Of a DNA stretch of 64,000 bases, positions 37,698 to 47,256 are shown one piece after another. This stretch comes from an uncultured Thermotogae bacterium (GTDB lineage: Bacteria > Bipolaricaulota > Bipolaricaulia > UBA7950 > UBA9294): assembly GCA_964620325.1 (NCBI GenBank), contig CAZUIM010000003.1:43319-107318 (forward strand), written 5' to 3'. Under the pieces are notes generated by a model. The model was not told the origin of the DNA. It searched no databases and was given only the letters and a program-made list of their open reading frames with translations. The translations under genes and the position numbers were made by a program. The stretch's first letter is position 1. Each line of letters opens with the position of its first letter.

Positions 37698-38388
37698 TCG
37701 TCCGTTGATTCTGGTCATCGAGGATGAGCCGGGGATTCGTCGGTTCTTGCGGGTGTCGCTCGAGCAAGAGGGATACCGGCTTGCCGAGGCCCAGACGGGC
37801 CGGCAGGCGATGGTGATGATCAGATCCAGGCCGCCGGACGTGATCATCCTCGATCTCGGCCTCCCTGATCTAGACGGGGTAGAGATCATCGATTTCGTGC
37901 GATCCTGGTCGAAGCTCCCGATCATCGTCCTCTCGGCGCGTACGAAGGATCTTGACAAGGTCGAAGCGCTCGATCGGGGGGCGGATGACTACTTGACCAA
38001 ACCGTTCAACGTCTCCGAGCTGCACGCCCGTTTGCGCGTCGCCCTTCGTCACACGGCGTTGATCGTATCTCCGGAGGGACAGGAGACCTTCGAGGCCGGG
38101 CGGCTGAGGGTCGATTTCGCGTCACGCCGGGTGTTCGCAGGAGAGGGCGAGGTCCATCTGACGCCGATCGAGTACCGGCTTCTGGAGACGCTGATCGCGA
38201 ATGCGGACAGGGTCCTGACGCATCACCATCTGCGTGATGTGGTGTGGGGGCCGTACCGCTCGGGCGGCGTCCAGCACCTGCGCGTTCACATCGCCAACCT
38301 TCGGCGGAAGATCGAGGCCGATCCGACACGTCCGCGCCTCCTGCGCACCGAACAGGGGGTCGGCTACAGGCTCTCCACCGAAGGCTGA
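37687..38388 (+). CDS. kdpE: OmpR-family response regulator KdpE
   Basis: ILVIEDEPGIR, DVIILDLGLPDLDG, LSARTKDLDKVEALDRGADDYLTKPF, LTPIEYRLLETL and GVGYRL. The start overlaps the kdpD 3' end. Confidence 0.92.
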   Translation: MSFDRPLILVIEDEPGIRRFLRVSLEQEGYRLAEAQTGRQAMVMIRSRPPDVIILDLGLPDLDGVEIIDFVRSWSKLPIIVLSARTKDLDKVEALDRGADDYLTKPFNVSELHARLRVALRHTALIVSPEGQETFEAGRLRVDFASRRVFAGEGEVHLTPIEYRLLETLIANADRVLTHHHLRDVVWGPYRSGGVQHLRVHIANLRRKIEADPTRPRLLRTEQGVGYRLSTEG

Positions 38389-38619
38389 GCGGCGGCCGCT
38401 GGGGCACGCAGCGGCTCGTGTCCGCTTCCGCCGGTCTGCTCCCGCGTTGGGCACGTTAGCTCGACCCGGCGATGGGGAATCCTTACGCTTTCTTGATGCT
38501 GCGAATCCCTTTGTATACAGCAACCTCATCTCCCCCTTCCTACCCTAGCGAGGCCTCGCGCTCGGATCGGCCTGGCCATGGAGTCACGCGGGCGCTCTCG
38601 AGGCAAGGAGGCGATCACC

Positions 38620-39285
38620 ATGGCATCCAAACGCATCTTCGTCGTCGGCACCGGCTCGGTGGGCGAAGCGCTGATCCGAGAAGCCTCGTCGCACGGGCAC
38701 AAGATCACGGCGCTGGAATCGGACCCGCAGAAGGCCGAACAGCTCGCGCGGCTGAGAGGGGTCCAAGCGATCCATCTCCAAGAGGTGACGTTGGATGAGC
38801 TGCGCGAGGCGGGCGTCCCGCGGGCAGATCTCGTCTTGGCCACCTCGGACGACGACGAGGAGAACATGCGGGCGATCACCTACGCGCTCGAGCTCGGTGT
38901 CCCGCGTGTGGGAGCCGTGGCCTCGGACGAGGAGCACCGAGAGATCTTCCAACGTCTGGGGGCGGAAAGCGTGATCGTCCCTGCGAGAATCGTGTCCGAG
39001 CGCCTGTGCGGCCTGTTCCTATCAACGTCCATCGTCTACGACGTCGTGCTGAACGACGGCTCGCGGGTGGTCCAGATCGCTGTCAGCGAGGAATCCGTTT
39101 TCTGCGGCAGATCCCCCGACGACGCGGGACTCGCCGGGGAGGGTCATTGGATCATCGATGTGGTGCGCGGCGGGGAGCACGTCCATCCGAAGGCCATCGG
39201 TTCACTGTCTGCCGGGGATCGCGTGACAGTATTCTTCGCGCGGCAGCCCGCGTCGAGTGCCCTGCTGGCAGGAATGCTCGAGTAG
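38620..39285 (+). CDS. trkA: Trk/Ktr K+ uptake system NAD-binding (RCK) subunit
   Basis: IFVVGTGSVGEAL Rossmann motif, DLVLATSDDDEENM, and a C-terminal TrkA_C-like domain (GDRVTVF). Confidence 0.8.
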   Translation: MASKRIFVVGTGSVGEALIREASSHGHKITALESDPQKAEQLARLRGVQAIHLQEVTLDELREAGVPRADLVLATSDDDEENMRAITYALELGVPRVGAVASDEEHREIFQRLGAESVIVPARIVSERLCGLFLSTSIVYDVVLNDGSRVVQIAVSEESVFCGRSPDDAGLAGEGHWIIDVVRGGEHVHPKAIGSLSAGDRVTVFFARQPASSALLAGMLE

Positions 39286-39289
39286 TCCA

Positions 39290-40765
39290 ATGCGTTCTGC
39301 CGACCTTCGGATCATCGCCAGGGATCTCGGGTTGATCTGCGCCCTCGTCGGCCTCATGGCGCTGGCGACCCTCGCCGTGGCCGCGGCATGGGGAGAGCAC
39401 CAGATGTTCGTTCCCTTCGGCGCTGCAGGGGGGCTTGCCTTGACCCTCGGGGCCGCCCTCTATCTCCCATTCCGAGGTGGAAGCGAGGCTCATATCAAGC
39501 ACGGGCTCATCATCGCGGCGCTTGGCTGGCTGCTCGTTGCGATGGTCGGAGCTGTTCCCTTCCTGTTGGCTGCAGGCGGCCCCGATCTAGGACCGGAGCG
39601 TGTGTTCTCCGACTACGGCAACGCCGTATTCGAGGCGATGTCCGGGTTCACGACGACCGGGCTATCAGTCGTGGCGCATCCTGAGAACCTTCCTCGTACC
39701 CTGCAGTGGTGGCGATCGTTCACCCAGTGGATCGGGGGAATCGGTGTGATCGTCATCGTTCTGGGGTTCATCCCGACGCCGATTCGCCCCGCGCGTGGCC
39801 TCTTCTTCGCCGAGCGTGACGCGAAGATTCATCCATCCATCGCAGCGACGATTCGGACGATGTGGTGGATCTATCTTCTCTATACGTTCATCGGGATTGT
39901 CCTGCTATGGGGGGTTGGAATGGGGATCTGGGACTCCATCAACCACTCCATGACTGCCCTTTCAACCGGAGGGTTCTCCACGATGTCCGAGAGCATAGGG
40001 CACTATCCCGAGTGGGGGATCCGCCTGGTCATCACCTTGCTCATGTTCCTGGGCGCGACCAGCTTCGCGACCCACTACGACCTCCTCCAGGGGAAGAAGC
40101 TGAACTACCGGGCCAACTTCTACCAATCTCGGTGGCTTCTCTACTTCTGTGGGGGAGCGGCGGTCATTCTCATGCTCCAGGGCATGCTGTCAGGCGCTCC
40201 CCCGTCCCTGGCATCGTCCGCCTTCCAGGCGATCTCAGCCGCCACAACGACCGGCTTCGGAACCGAGTCGGTCGTATCGTGGTCCGAAGCGTCGAAGCTG
40301 ATCCTGATCGTGGCCATGTTCATCGGCGGCACGACGGGCTCAACCGCCGGTGGCATCAAGGTCATGCGGGCCGTTGTTCTGTTTCGCGGTCTGGGCTGGT
40401 GGTTGAGCAAGACGATCAGCTCACCGAGGAAGGTGCTCGGTTTCAGGATTGGGGCGGAGAGGCTGTCACCCCAAGAAGCCGACTCGCGTGTTCAGGGGGC
40501 GGCCGTGATCTTCTTTGCCTGGCTGATCTGCACGCTCGGAGGCACTCTCATCCTCATGCATTTCATCCCGGACACGTACTCCCTCGCGGATTCGCTGTTC
40601 GAGGTGGTCTCCGCGCAGAGCACTGTCGGGCTGTCCGTGGGGATCACCCACGCCGAGATGTCCACCGTCGCGAAGCTCATCCTCATACTGAACATGTGGA
40701 TGGGCAGGCTGGAAGTGTTGCCGGTCCTGGTGATGTTTCGGGCGATCTTCCGCGGGCTCGACTGA
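39290..40765 (+). CDS. trkH: TrkH/KtrB-family K+ transporter membrane subunit
   Basis: Repeated selectivity-filter-like motifs: SGFTTTGLSV, ALSTGGFST, AATTTGFGT and AQSTVGLSVG. Confidence 0.88.
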   Translation: MRSADLRIIARDLGLICALVGLMALATLAVAAAWGEHQMFVPFGAAGGLALTLGAALYLPFRGGSEAHIKHGLIIAALGWLLVAMVGAVPFLLAAGGPDLGPERVFSDYGNAVFEAMSGFTTTGLSVVAHPENLPRTLQWWRSFTQWIGGIGVIVIVLGFIPTPIRPARGLFFAERDAKIHPSIAATIRTMWWIYLLYTFIGIVLLWGVGMGIWDSINHSMTALSTGGFSTMSESIGHYPEWGIRLVITLLMFLGATSFATHYDLLQGKKLNYRANFYQSRWLLYFCGGAAVILMLQGMLSGAPPSLASSAFQAISAATTTGFGTESVVSWSEASKLILIVAMFIGGTTGSTAGGIKVMRAVVLFRGLGWWLSKTISSPRKVLGFRIGAERLSPQEADSRVQGAAVIFFAWLICTLGGTLILMHFIPDTYSLADSLFEVVSAQSTVGLSVGITHAEMSTVAKLILILNMWMGRLEVLPVLVMFRAIFRGLD

Positions 40766-40817
40766 CGGAACCCGCGGCGCGAAGAGACCGGACGAAGTGC
40801 CGTGGAGACGGCCCTCG

Positions 40818-41844
40818 CTATCTGCGTGCGAGCAGCCGCGCGTTCACCGCGACGACGATCGTCGAGACGGACATCAGAGCCGCTCCGACGGCAGGCGAGA
40901 GAACGATCCTCCATGCACCCAGCGCCCCGGCGGCCAACGGGATGGCGAAGATGTTGTATCCGGCGGCCCACCAGAGGTTTTGGACCATCTTGCGGCGGGT
41001 CCGTCGTGCCAGCTCGAGAATCCCGAAGACGTCGCGCGGGCCGCCCGCGCCTCCCGGACCATGTTCACGACCTGGGAGAGATACGTCTCGCTGCCGGTCT
41101 TCCGAACCTCGACGGTGATTGCGGCGGCGCCGTTGACGGTTCCGCCGATCACTTCGTCGTCCGCGCTGCGCTCGACCGGAACGCTCTCGCCGATGACCAT
41201 CGATTCATCGATGGACGTTCGCCCGTCGATGATCACTCCGTCGACGGGGATTCGCTCTCCGGGCCGAACCAGGACCCTGTCGGACGGCTGGAGCGCGCGC
41301 AGGGGGACGTCCTCGATGTCGTCGTTGATGGACCGATGCGCTTCGGCGGGAAGGAGCTCGACCAGTTCCTCCAGGGCGCCGGACGCGCCGAGAATCGATC
41401 GCATCTCGATCCAGTGTCCAAGGAGCATCACGTCGATCAACGTCGCCAGTTCCAAGAAGAAGACCGTTCCGGCGACGCCGAACGTGACCGCAGTCGAGTG
41501 GACGTATGCAACGCTCGTCGCGAGGGCGATCAGCGTCATCATCCCCGGTTGGCGACGACGGAGCTCCCCGCTTGCGTTTCGGACGAACGGCCAGCCGCCG
41601 TAGATGACGATCAGGCTGGCCAGCGTGAACCGGACGTACGCGACCCAGGAAAGCTCCATTTCACTCCGAGGAGCTTCTGCACGATCGGAGCGAGCGCGAG
41701 GATCGGGACGGTGAGAACGGCCGCAACAAGGAATCGCCGACGGAAGTCGCGCGCCATCGCCCGGTGATGTGACGATCCGCCGCCCCGGTCTCTCCTGGGC
41801 CCGCCGCTGTGCTGCGAAGCACGGTCCATCTTTCGATTCCTCAT
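40818..41844 (-). pseudogene. heavy-metal P1B-type ATPase relic (frameshift plus loss of the whole P/N domain)
   Basis: The N-terminus HHRAMARDFRRRFLVAAVLTVPILAL..FPGS is in one frame. [61 protein letters not shown] is in another. It then joins directly to the C-terminal end [45 protein letters not shown]. No DKTGT or GDGxND motifs remain. Confidence 0.75.
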
Positions 41845-41855
41845 CCGCGCCGAGA

Positions 41856-42617
41856 TCAGCGGGCCACGAGGCCCCCGTCGGCGACCATCGGGTGGCCGGT
41901 CACGAACGAAGACCGAGGAGATGCTAGCCAGACGATGGCCGAGGCGATTTCGTCGGGGGTTCCCATCCGGCCGGCCGGTGCCATCTCAGCGTATGCGCGC
42001 TCCGTCTCAGGATCGCCGCGGGTGACGCGTTCGACCATCTCCGTGCGGATCACGCCCGGGCAGATCGCGTTGATCCGGATGCCGCGGTCGGCGTACTCGA
42101 GCGCGGCGGCTCGAGTGAGACCGACGACGCCGTGTTTCGATGCGACGTACGCCGGAAGATTGGCGAACCCGACGAGACCGGCGACCGATGACGTGTTGAC
42201 GATCGATCCCCCGTCTCCGCCGAGCATGGGCGGGATCTCGTGCTTCATGCAGAGCCACACGCCGGTCAGATTGATCGAGAGAACGCGCTCCCAGTTGCTC
42301 TCGGAGCACTCGGCCGTCTCGGCTTGCTCCCCCTCGATCCCGGCGTTGTTGATCGCCGCGTCGAGACGGCCGTACGCTGAGATGCATTCGGAGACCATCC
42401 GCTCGACATCGCCAGCGTCCGACACGTCAGTCCGCACGAAGCGAGCTTCCGTGCCCGCCTTCTCGAGTGCGGCGGCAACGGAGGTGCCGGCCTTCTCATC
42501 GACGTCGGCCAACAACAGCCGGGCACCGTGTTCGGCGAACGATTCTGCGGCCGCCCGGCCGATTCCTGACGCTGCTCCCGTGATCAATACGACCTTTCCT
42601 TCGAGTCCGTAGTCCAT
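41856..42617 (-). CDS. short-chain dehydrogenase/reductase (classical SDR)
   Basis: VVLITGAASGIGRA, NNAG, the catalytic SSVAG...YVASKHG, and PGVIRTEM. ATG at 42617 after AAGGAGG. Confidence 0.9.
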   Translation of the reverse strand: MDYGLEGKVVLITGAASGIGRAAAESFAEHGARLLLADVDEKAGTSVAAALEKAGTEARFVRTDVSDAGDVERMVSECISAYGRLDAAINNAGIEGEQAETAECSESNWERVLSINLTGVWLCMKHEIPPMLGGDGGSIVNTSSVAGLVGFANLPAYVASKHGVVGLTRAAALEYADRGIRINAICPGVIRTEMVERVTRGDPETERAYAEMAPAGRMGTPDEIASAIVWLASPRSSFVTGHPMVADGGLVAR

Positions 42618-43351
42618 CTGCAGTTCCTCCTTCGTTGGCGGAGCGGGCTTACGCCGTTCCGTAGTCTGCGGGCGGCTCTCCGGCCGTCGATGCGCCGCCG
42701 GTGCTGCCCGCATCCATTGTATCGATCGAACGCCCGAGTTTGCATCGCCGGGGCCCAAGACGTCGTCTCCCCGAGGATGCATTCACCGTTCGAACTGCAG
42801 GCTGTGGGCGAGGAGGTGCTTCGGCGGCGCGGTCGGGACCACGATGTCGCGCGTTCCGCGACCATGACGGCGACGGCGCCAACTCGTGCCGCTCCCGACG
42901 GCTGCGCCCGGTACGACTCCGAGCGCAACGCGGTTGACAGGCGGACGTGCGGTATCCTATGGTAAATGCTTGGAGGCACTTTCCGATCCCATCTTGACAA
43001 GGCTCGCTCCTCTCAATGCCGAGCGGCGACTCATCCTCGGCTTCCGTGTTGCTCTGCGACCCCCGACCGTTCGTTCCCGGGGCCCCGTCGAAGAGTGTGT
43101 CGGAGCGCCTGCCTGCGGGTCAGTTCCCGAAGCGGGGAAGGAGAGAAGAGAGATGATCCAGGTCGAAGGAAAGACGAGGCTCGGCTCGACTTCGATCATC
43201 GACAAGGCGCGTCGCCGCTTCGGGCCAGGAGGCCTCGGTCGCGAAGTCGAGGAGGAATCCGAAGGCCGCGCTTTGCCAGGGTCCGAATGGATCGGTCCGC
43301 ATGAGCGCGGAAAGGATGGTGGGGAATGCGAAACCGGAAGAAGGGGCGGCG

Positions 43352-44335
43352 ATGACGGCCGAAGACGGTCGGGTCCTGACGTTGACGATGAACCCATCGC
43401 TCGACAAGAGCAGCGAGACCGACCGGGTCAACCCGGGGCGGAAGCTGCGCTGTGGGCCGATCATGCGAGAGCCCGGGGGAGGCGGGATCAACGTCGCCCG
43501 GGTCCTTGAGCGACTCGGACAGCCGACCACGGCAGTCTACGTCTACGGTGGGGCGACGGGCGACGAGCTGGCGGAGCTGTTGGGCGACGAGCAGGTCCGG
43601 CAGTGTGCGATCCGGATCGGAGCGCCGATCCGGGAGAGCCTGATGGTGATGGAATCCGGGTCCGATCAGCAGTATCGGTTCTCGTTCCCCGGGCCGGAGC
43701 TGCCCGGGGCGGACGTGAAGCGATGCGTCGACGCGATGGTCGACTTGGCCACCGGGAGCCGGCTGATCGTCCTCAGTGGGAGTCTCCCGCCCGGGGTGTC
43801 GTCGGGCTTCTACCGGGAGATGGCCGGCACGCTCGGTCGGGGGGGACGACGGATCATCGTCGACAGCCACGGCGCTGCACTGAAGGAAGCCCTGAGCGAG
43901 CCTGTCTTCCTGATCAAACCGAATCTTGGCGAGTTCGAGGATCTGGTCGGCGAGTCGCTTCCGAACGATGATGCCATCGAGCGAGCAACACGTCGTCTGA
44001 TCGAGGAGACGGCCGTAGAGCACATCGTTGTCTCGCTCGGCGCCGGCGGAGTGGCCCTCGCGTGGGAGGATCGATTCGAGCGCATCCCGTCCCCCACGGT
44101 CCAGATCCGGAGCCGCATCGGGGCGGGCGACAGCGCGGTCGGCGGGATCGTCTACGGACTGGCGAAGGGAATGAGCGTCTACGACGCTGCGCAGGTCGGC
44201 GTGGCGGCCGGCGCGGCCGCGGTGATGAGTCCCGGAAGCCAACTCTGTCGCCGCGGCGACGTCGAGCGATTGTTCGAAGGACTGACCGGGCGATCGCTCG
44301 AGACGGGGCGGGCATCCTCCGAGGATCGATCGTGA
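43352..44335 (+). CDS. PfkB-family sugar(-phosphate) kinase (1-phosphofructokinase/tagatose-6-P kinase-like)
   Basis: TLTMNPSLDK, EPGGGGINVARVL, LIKPNLGEFEDL and GAGDSAVGGIVYGL. Confidence 0.82.
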   Translation: MTAEDGRVLTLTMNPSLDKSSETDRVNPGRKLRCGPIMREPGGGGINVARVLERLGQPTTAVYVYGGATGDELAELLGDEQVRQCAIRIGAPIRESLMVMESGSDQQYRFSFPGPELPGADVKRCVDAMVDLATGSRLIVLSGSLPPGVSSGFYREMAGTLGRGGRRIIVDSHGAALKEALSEPVFLIKPNLGEFEDLVGESLPNDDAIERATRRLIEETAVEHIVVSLGAGGVALAWEDRFERIPSPTVQIRSRIGAGDSAVGGIVYGLAKGMSVYDAAQVGVAAGAAAVMSPGSQLCRRGDVERLFEGLTGRSLETGRASSEDRS

Positions 44336-45066
44336 CACGGGGAACGATTCGGATCGGGACGTCGGGGTGGCAGTACGAGCACTGGACGGGCGCGTTCTAC
44401 CCTGAGAAGCTCGCCAAGGACGAGCGGCTCGAGTACTACGCGGAACGGCTCCCGTGCGTCGAGATCAACAACACCTTCTACGGGACGCCCGAGCCGGCGA
44501 CGTTCGATGCGTGGCGGTCGGCCGTGCCCGAAGGGTTTGTGTTCGCCGTCAAGGCGAGCGGGTACATCACCCATCGCAAGAAGTTGAAGGACCCGAACGA
44601 CGCGGTGCCTCCGTTCTACGACGCCGTTGATCGTCTCGGCGACAGGTTGGGTCCGATCCTGTACCAGCTTCCACCTCGGTGGAGCGTGAACCTCGAACGC
44701 CTGGAATCGTTCTTGAACTCGCTTCCGGATCCCGCCCAGACCGCGTTCGAGTTCCGCGATCGGTCGTGGATCGTCGATGGCGTCAGAACGATGCTGGCAC
44801 GATTCGGCGCCGCCTTCTGCATCTATCACTTGGCCGGTTTCCGGTCGCCGGGATGGGTGACGTCCGATTCGCTCGTCTACGTTCGCCTCCATGGGCCCGG
44901 CGATGCGTACGAAGGGAATTACGATCGGCGGAGCCTGGCGGAATGGCGCGATCGGATCGAGCGGTGGGCGGACGAGGGACGTGCGGTGTTCGTCTTCTTC
45001 GACAACGATCAATCGGGACACGCTGCGGAGAACGCGCTGCAGCTGACAGAGATGGTGCGGGGCTGA
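44332..45066 (+). CDS. DUF72 (YecE-like) protein
   Basis: IRIGTSGWQYEHWTGAFYPE, VEINNTFYG, FVFAVKASGYITH, ILYQLPP and FVFFDND. GTGA overlap with the pfkB-like stop. Confidence 0.85.
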   Translation: MTRGTIRIGTSGWQYEHWTGAFYPEKLAKDERLEYYAERLPCVEINNTFYGTPEPATFDAWRSAVPEGFVFAVKASGYITHRKKLKDPNDAVPPFYDAVDRLGDRLGPILYQLPPRWSVNLERLESFLNSLPDPAQTAFEFRDRSWIVDGVRTMLARFGAAFCIYHLAGFRSPGWVTSDSLVYVRLHGPGDAYEGNYDRRSLAEWRDRIERWADEGRAVFVFFDNDQSGHAAENALQLTEMVRG

Positions 45067-45087
45067 GGGAAGGTCGAGCCGTCGGAA

Positions 45088-45705
45088 ATGGAGGCGACGA
45101 TGCGGAACGAGAGCGGACTACATGCGTATCGGGAGAAGCGCGACTTCCGAGAGTCCTCCGAGCCGTCCGGAAAGGAGATGGCGTCCGGAGGGCTGCCGCA
45201 CTTCGTGATCCAGAAGCACGACGCGTCCACCCTTCACTACGATCTTCGGTTGGAGATCGACGGCGTCTTGAAGTCGTGGAGCGTCCCCAAAGGCCCATCG
45301 GCCGATCCACGGGAGCGACGGTTGGCGATCCAGACCGAGGATCATCCGATCGAGTACGCTGAGTTCGAGGGAACGATTCCCGAAGGGGAGTACGGCGCCG
45401 GGACGGTCTTGGTCTGGGATCGAGGGAGGTTTCGCAACCTGCGGGCCGGAAACCACGCAGACGATGAAGCATCCTTGGCCGATTCCTTTGAAGAAGGGAA
45501 GATCGAAGTCTGGCTGGAGGGAGAGAAGCTGGAGGGCGGGTTCGCATTGATCCGTACCGGCGAGCCGGAGACGACGCGGTGGCTCCTCGTCAAGATGGAC
45601 GACGAGGGCGCGGACGCACGACGGAACCCCACCAGCACCGAGCCGGCCTCCGTGCTGTCGGGGCGGACGCTGAAGGAGATCGCCGAATCCGAGTCTGCGA
45701 GCTAG
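45088..45705 (+). CDS. stand-alone LigD 3'-phosphoesterase (PE) domain protein
   Basis: [69 protein letters not shown] and GFALIRT. Confidence 0.85.
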   Translation: MEATMRNESGLHAYREKRDFRESSEPSGKEMASGGLPHFVIQKHDASTLHYDLRLEIDGVLKSWSVPKGPSADPRERRLAIQTEDHPIEYAEFEGTIPEGEYGAGTVLVWDRGRFRNLRAGNHADDEASLADSFEEGKIEVWLEGEKLEGGFALIRTGEPETTRWLLVKMDDEGADARRNPTSTEPASVLSGRTLKEIAESESAS

Positions 45706-45881
45706 CGGGATGTGAAGCATCTCGTTGAGCCGGCTCGGCCCTGTCGGAGCGAGGATTCACGGCCTTGCGGGGCAATCTCTCTCGACGTCGAAATCGTGTT
45801 CGCGCTGATCCGATCGCCGAGTCTCCCGGAAGTGATCGAGTGGAAGCACGATCGAAACGCGACGTTGCGTCTGCGATCCGA

Positions 45882-46322
45882 TCACTCGAGCGTCGCCTCG
45901 AGCTCGATCTCGAGTCCTCCGCGCAACGCTGTCGAGACCGGGCATTCCGCCTCGGCCTGTTCTGCGATCTCTAGGAACGTGCCCCGTTCGATCCCCGGGA
46001 CGCGGGCTCGGGTCTGCAAGGTCATCTTGGTGATTCGGAATCCCCCTTGCGGTTGGGGCGAGAGCGTGCAGACTGCACGGGTCTGAATCCGCTCGGGCCG
46101 ATGTTGTCTTCGGTCCAGGGCGTTCGCCAACGCCATGTTGTAACAGCCGGCGTGAGCGCCGGCGATCAGCTCCTCAGGGTTGGTGCCCGACGCGTCGGCG
46201 AAACGGGTCCCAAAGCTGTATTCTTCGCCTTCGAGCGCGCCGCTTTCGGTGGAGATGCTGCCGGTTCCATCTTGCAGGGTCCCCATCCACGCCGCTTCGG
46301 CCGTCCGCTGAATGTCTGCCAT
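45882..46322 (-). CDS. osmC: OsmC-family peroxiredoxin
   Basis: TNPEELIAGAHAGCYNMAL and AEAECPVSTAL carry the two conserved Cys. ATG at 46322 after GGAAAGGAG. Confidence 0.88.
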   Translation of the reverse strand: MADIQRTAEAAWMGTLQDGTGSISTESGALEGEEYSFGTRFADASGTNPEELIAGAHAGCYNMALANALDRRQHRPERIQTRAVCTLSPQPQGGFRITKMTLQTRARVPGIERGTFLEIAEQAEAECPVSTALRGGLEIELEATLE

Positions 46323-46530
46323 CGCATGCTCCTTTCCGATTCCTGTACCGACGTGATGGAGAACGCAGTCGCTGATCGCCAATCGATTCCCGCATCACCG
46401 GGAGGCGGCGTCGAGCACGTTTGCCACACGGAGCACCGAACAGCGACTCCTCTGTCCCGTCGGAACGCGCAGAGCGCGACCGAGGCTAGGGGACGCGGGC
46501 CGTGGTTGTCAAGCGACCGCCCGGAGCCGG

Positions 46531-46559
46531 TTGACAACTCTCTGATCGATCCCTATGCT
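46531..46559 (+). promoter_or_regulatory. candidate sigma70-type promoter facing the SOR relic; its -35 box is half of an inverted repeat
   Basis: TTGACA (46531-46536), a 17-nt spacer, then TATGCT (46554-46559). GTTGTCAA (46505-46512) mirrors TTGACAAC (46531-46538). Confidence 0.4.
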
Positions 46560-46814
46560 GAGCCGGATTCTTCTCAACGAACCGTTCTTGAGCCGATTTC
46601 TCCTCCGCTTGCCTGTGGGGAGTTCCTCGCAAAGCGTCTTCGATGGATTCGTGTCGGATGGGTCCGGTACCGACGCGCTCAAGACAGAATCGGCCGCTCT
46701 CGACAGATGGATACGGGGCCGCCTCGCGAGAGGAAGATGTTACGCCGGTGCCGGGGAGGACGAGGAAGGTGAACAGCGACGTTCGAAGGATCCGCGGCAG
46801 AGAAAGGAGTCCAG

Positions 46815-47241
46815 ATGAGCATCCGAGACAGAATACAGCATGCGGATTGGCGGGCGGAAAAAGCACGTCCCGGTGATCGACCGTCCGGACCGGACGACGA
46901 AGGACGAGTTCGGCGGCGTCACAGTCACACTCGGAAGGGCCGTCGTGCATCCGAACGCGACGGAGTATCACATCCGTTGGATCGGAGTCTAGTTCGATTC
47001 CGACGATGACAGGTTCGTTCACGATCTCGGCTCGTTCGCGTTCAATGCGCACGGGGAGTCGGCGCAGGGCGCCAACGAGGGATCGGTGCACACACATCAC
47101 GAGGCGTCGTTCTCGTTCAAGACGACCTCGCCCGGCACGGACACGGCGGTGGCGTACTGCAGCATGCACGGTCTGTGGGAGGCGAGCGAGCGGATCGAAC
47201 TGAACCAGCCAAGCCGGCCGTTTCGCGAAATGAGCTGCTGA
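46815..47241 (+). pseudogene. superoxide reductase (neelaredoxin-type) relic
   Basis: AAAGGAG-ATG. IQHADWRAEK is followed, after a frameshift in A5 (46858-46862), by HVPVIDRP..VVHPNATEYHIRWIGV. An in-frame TAG lies at 46990-46992, where P. furiosus SOR has Tyr. The sequence then continues FDSDDDRFV..FNAHGES..YCSMHGLWE. Confidence 0.75.
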
Positions 47242-47256
47242 AGGAGGCAATGCGCG

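Noticed and set aside
40818-41844. The ATPase relic as the missing kdpB.
   Set aside because: The motifs ([24 protein letters not shown]-terminal [10 protein letters not shown]) are P1B heavy-metal type, not KdpB (P1A).
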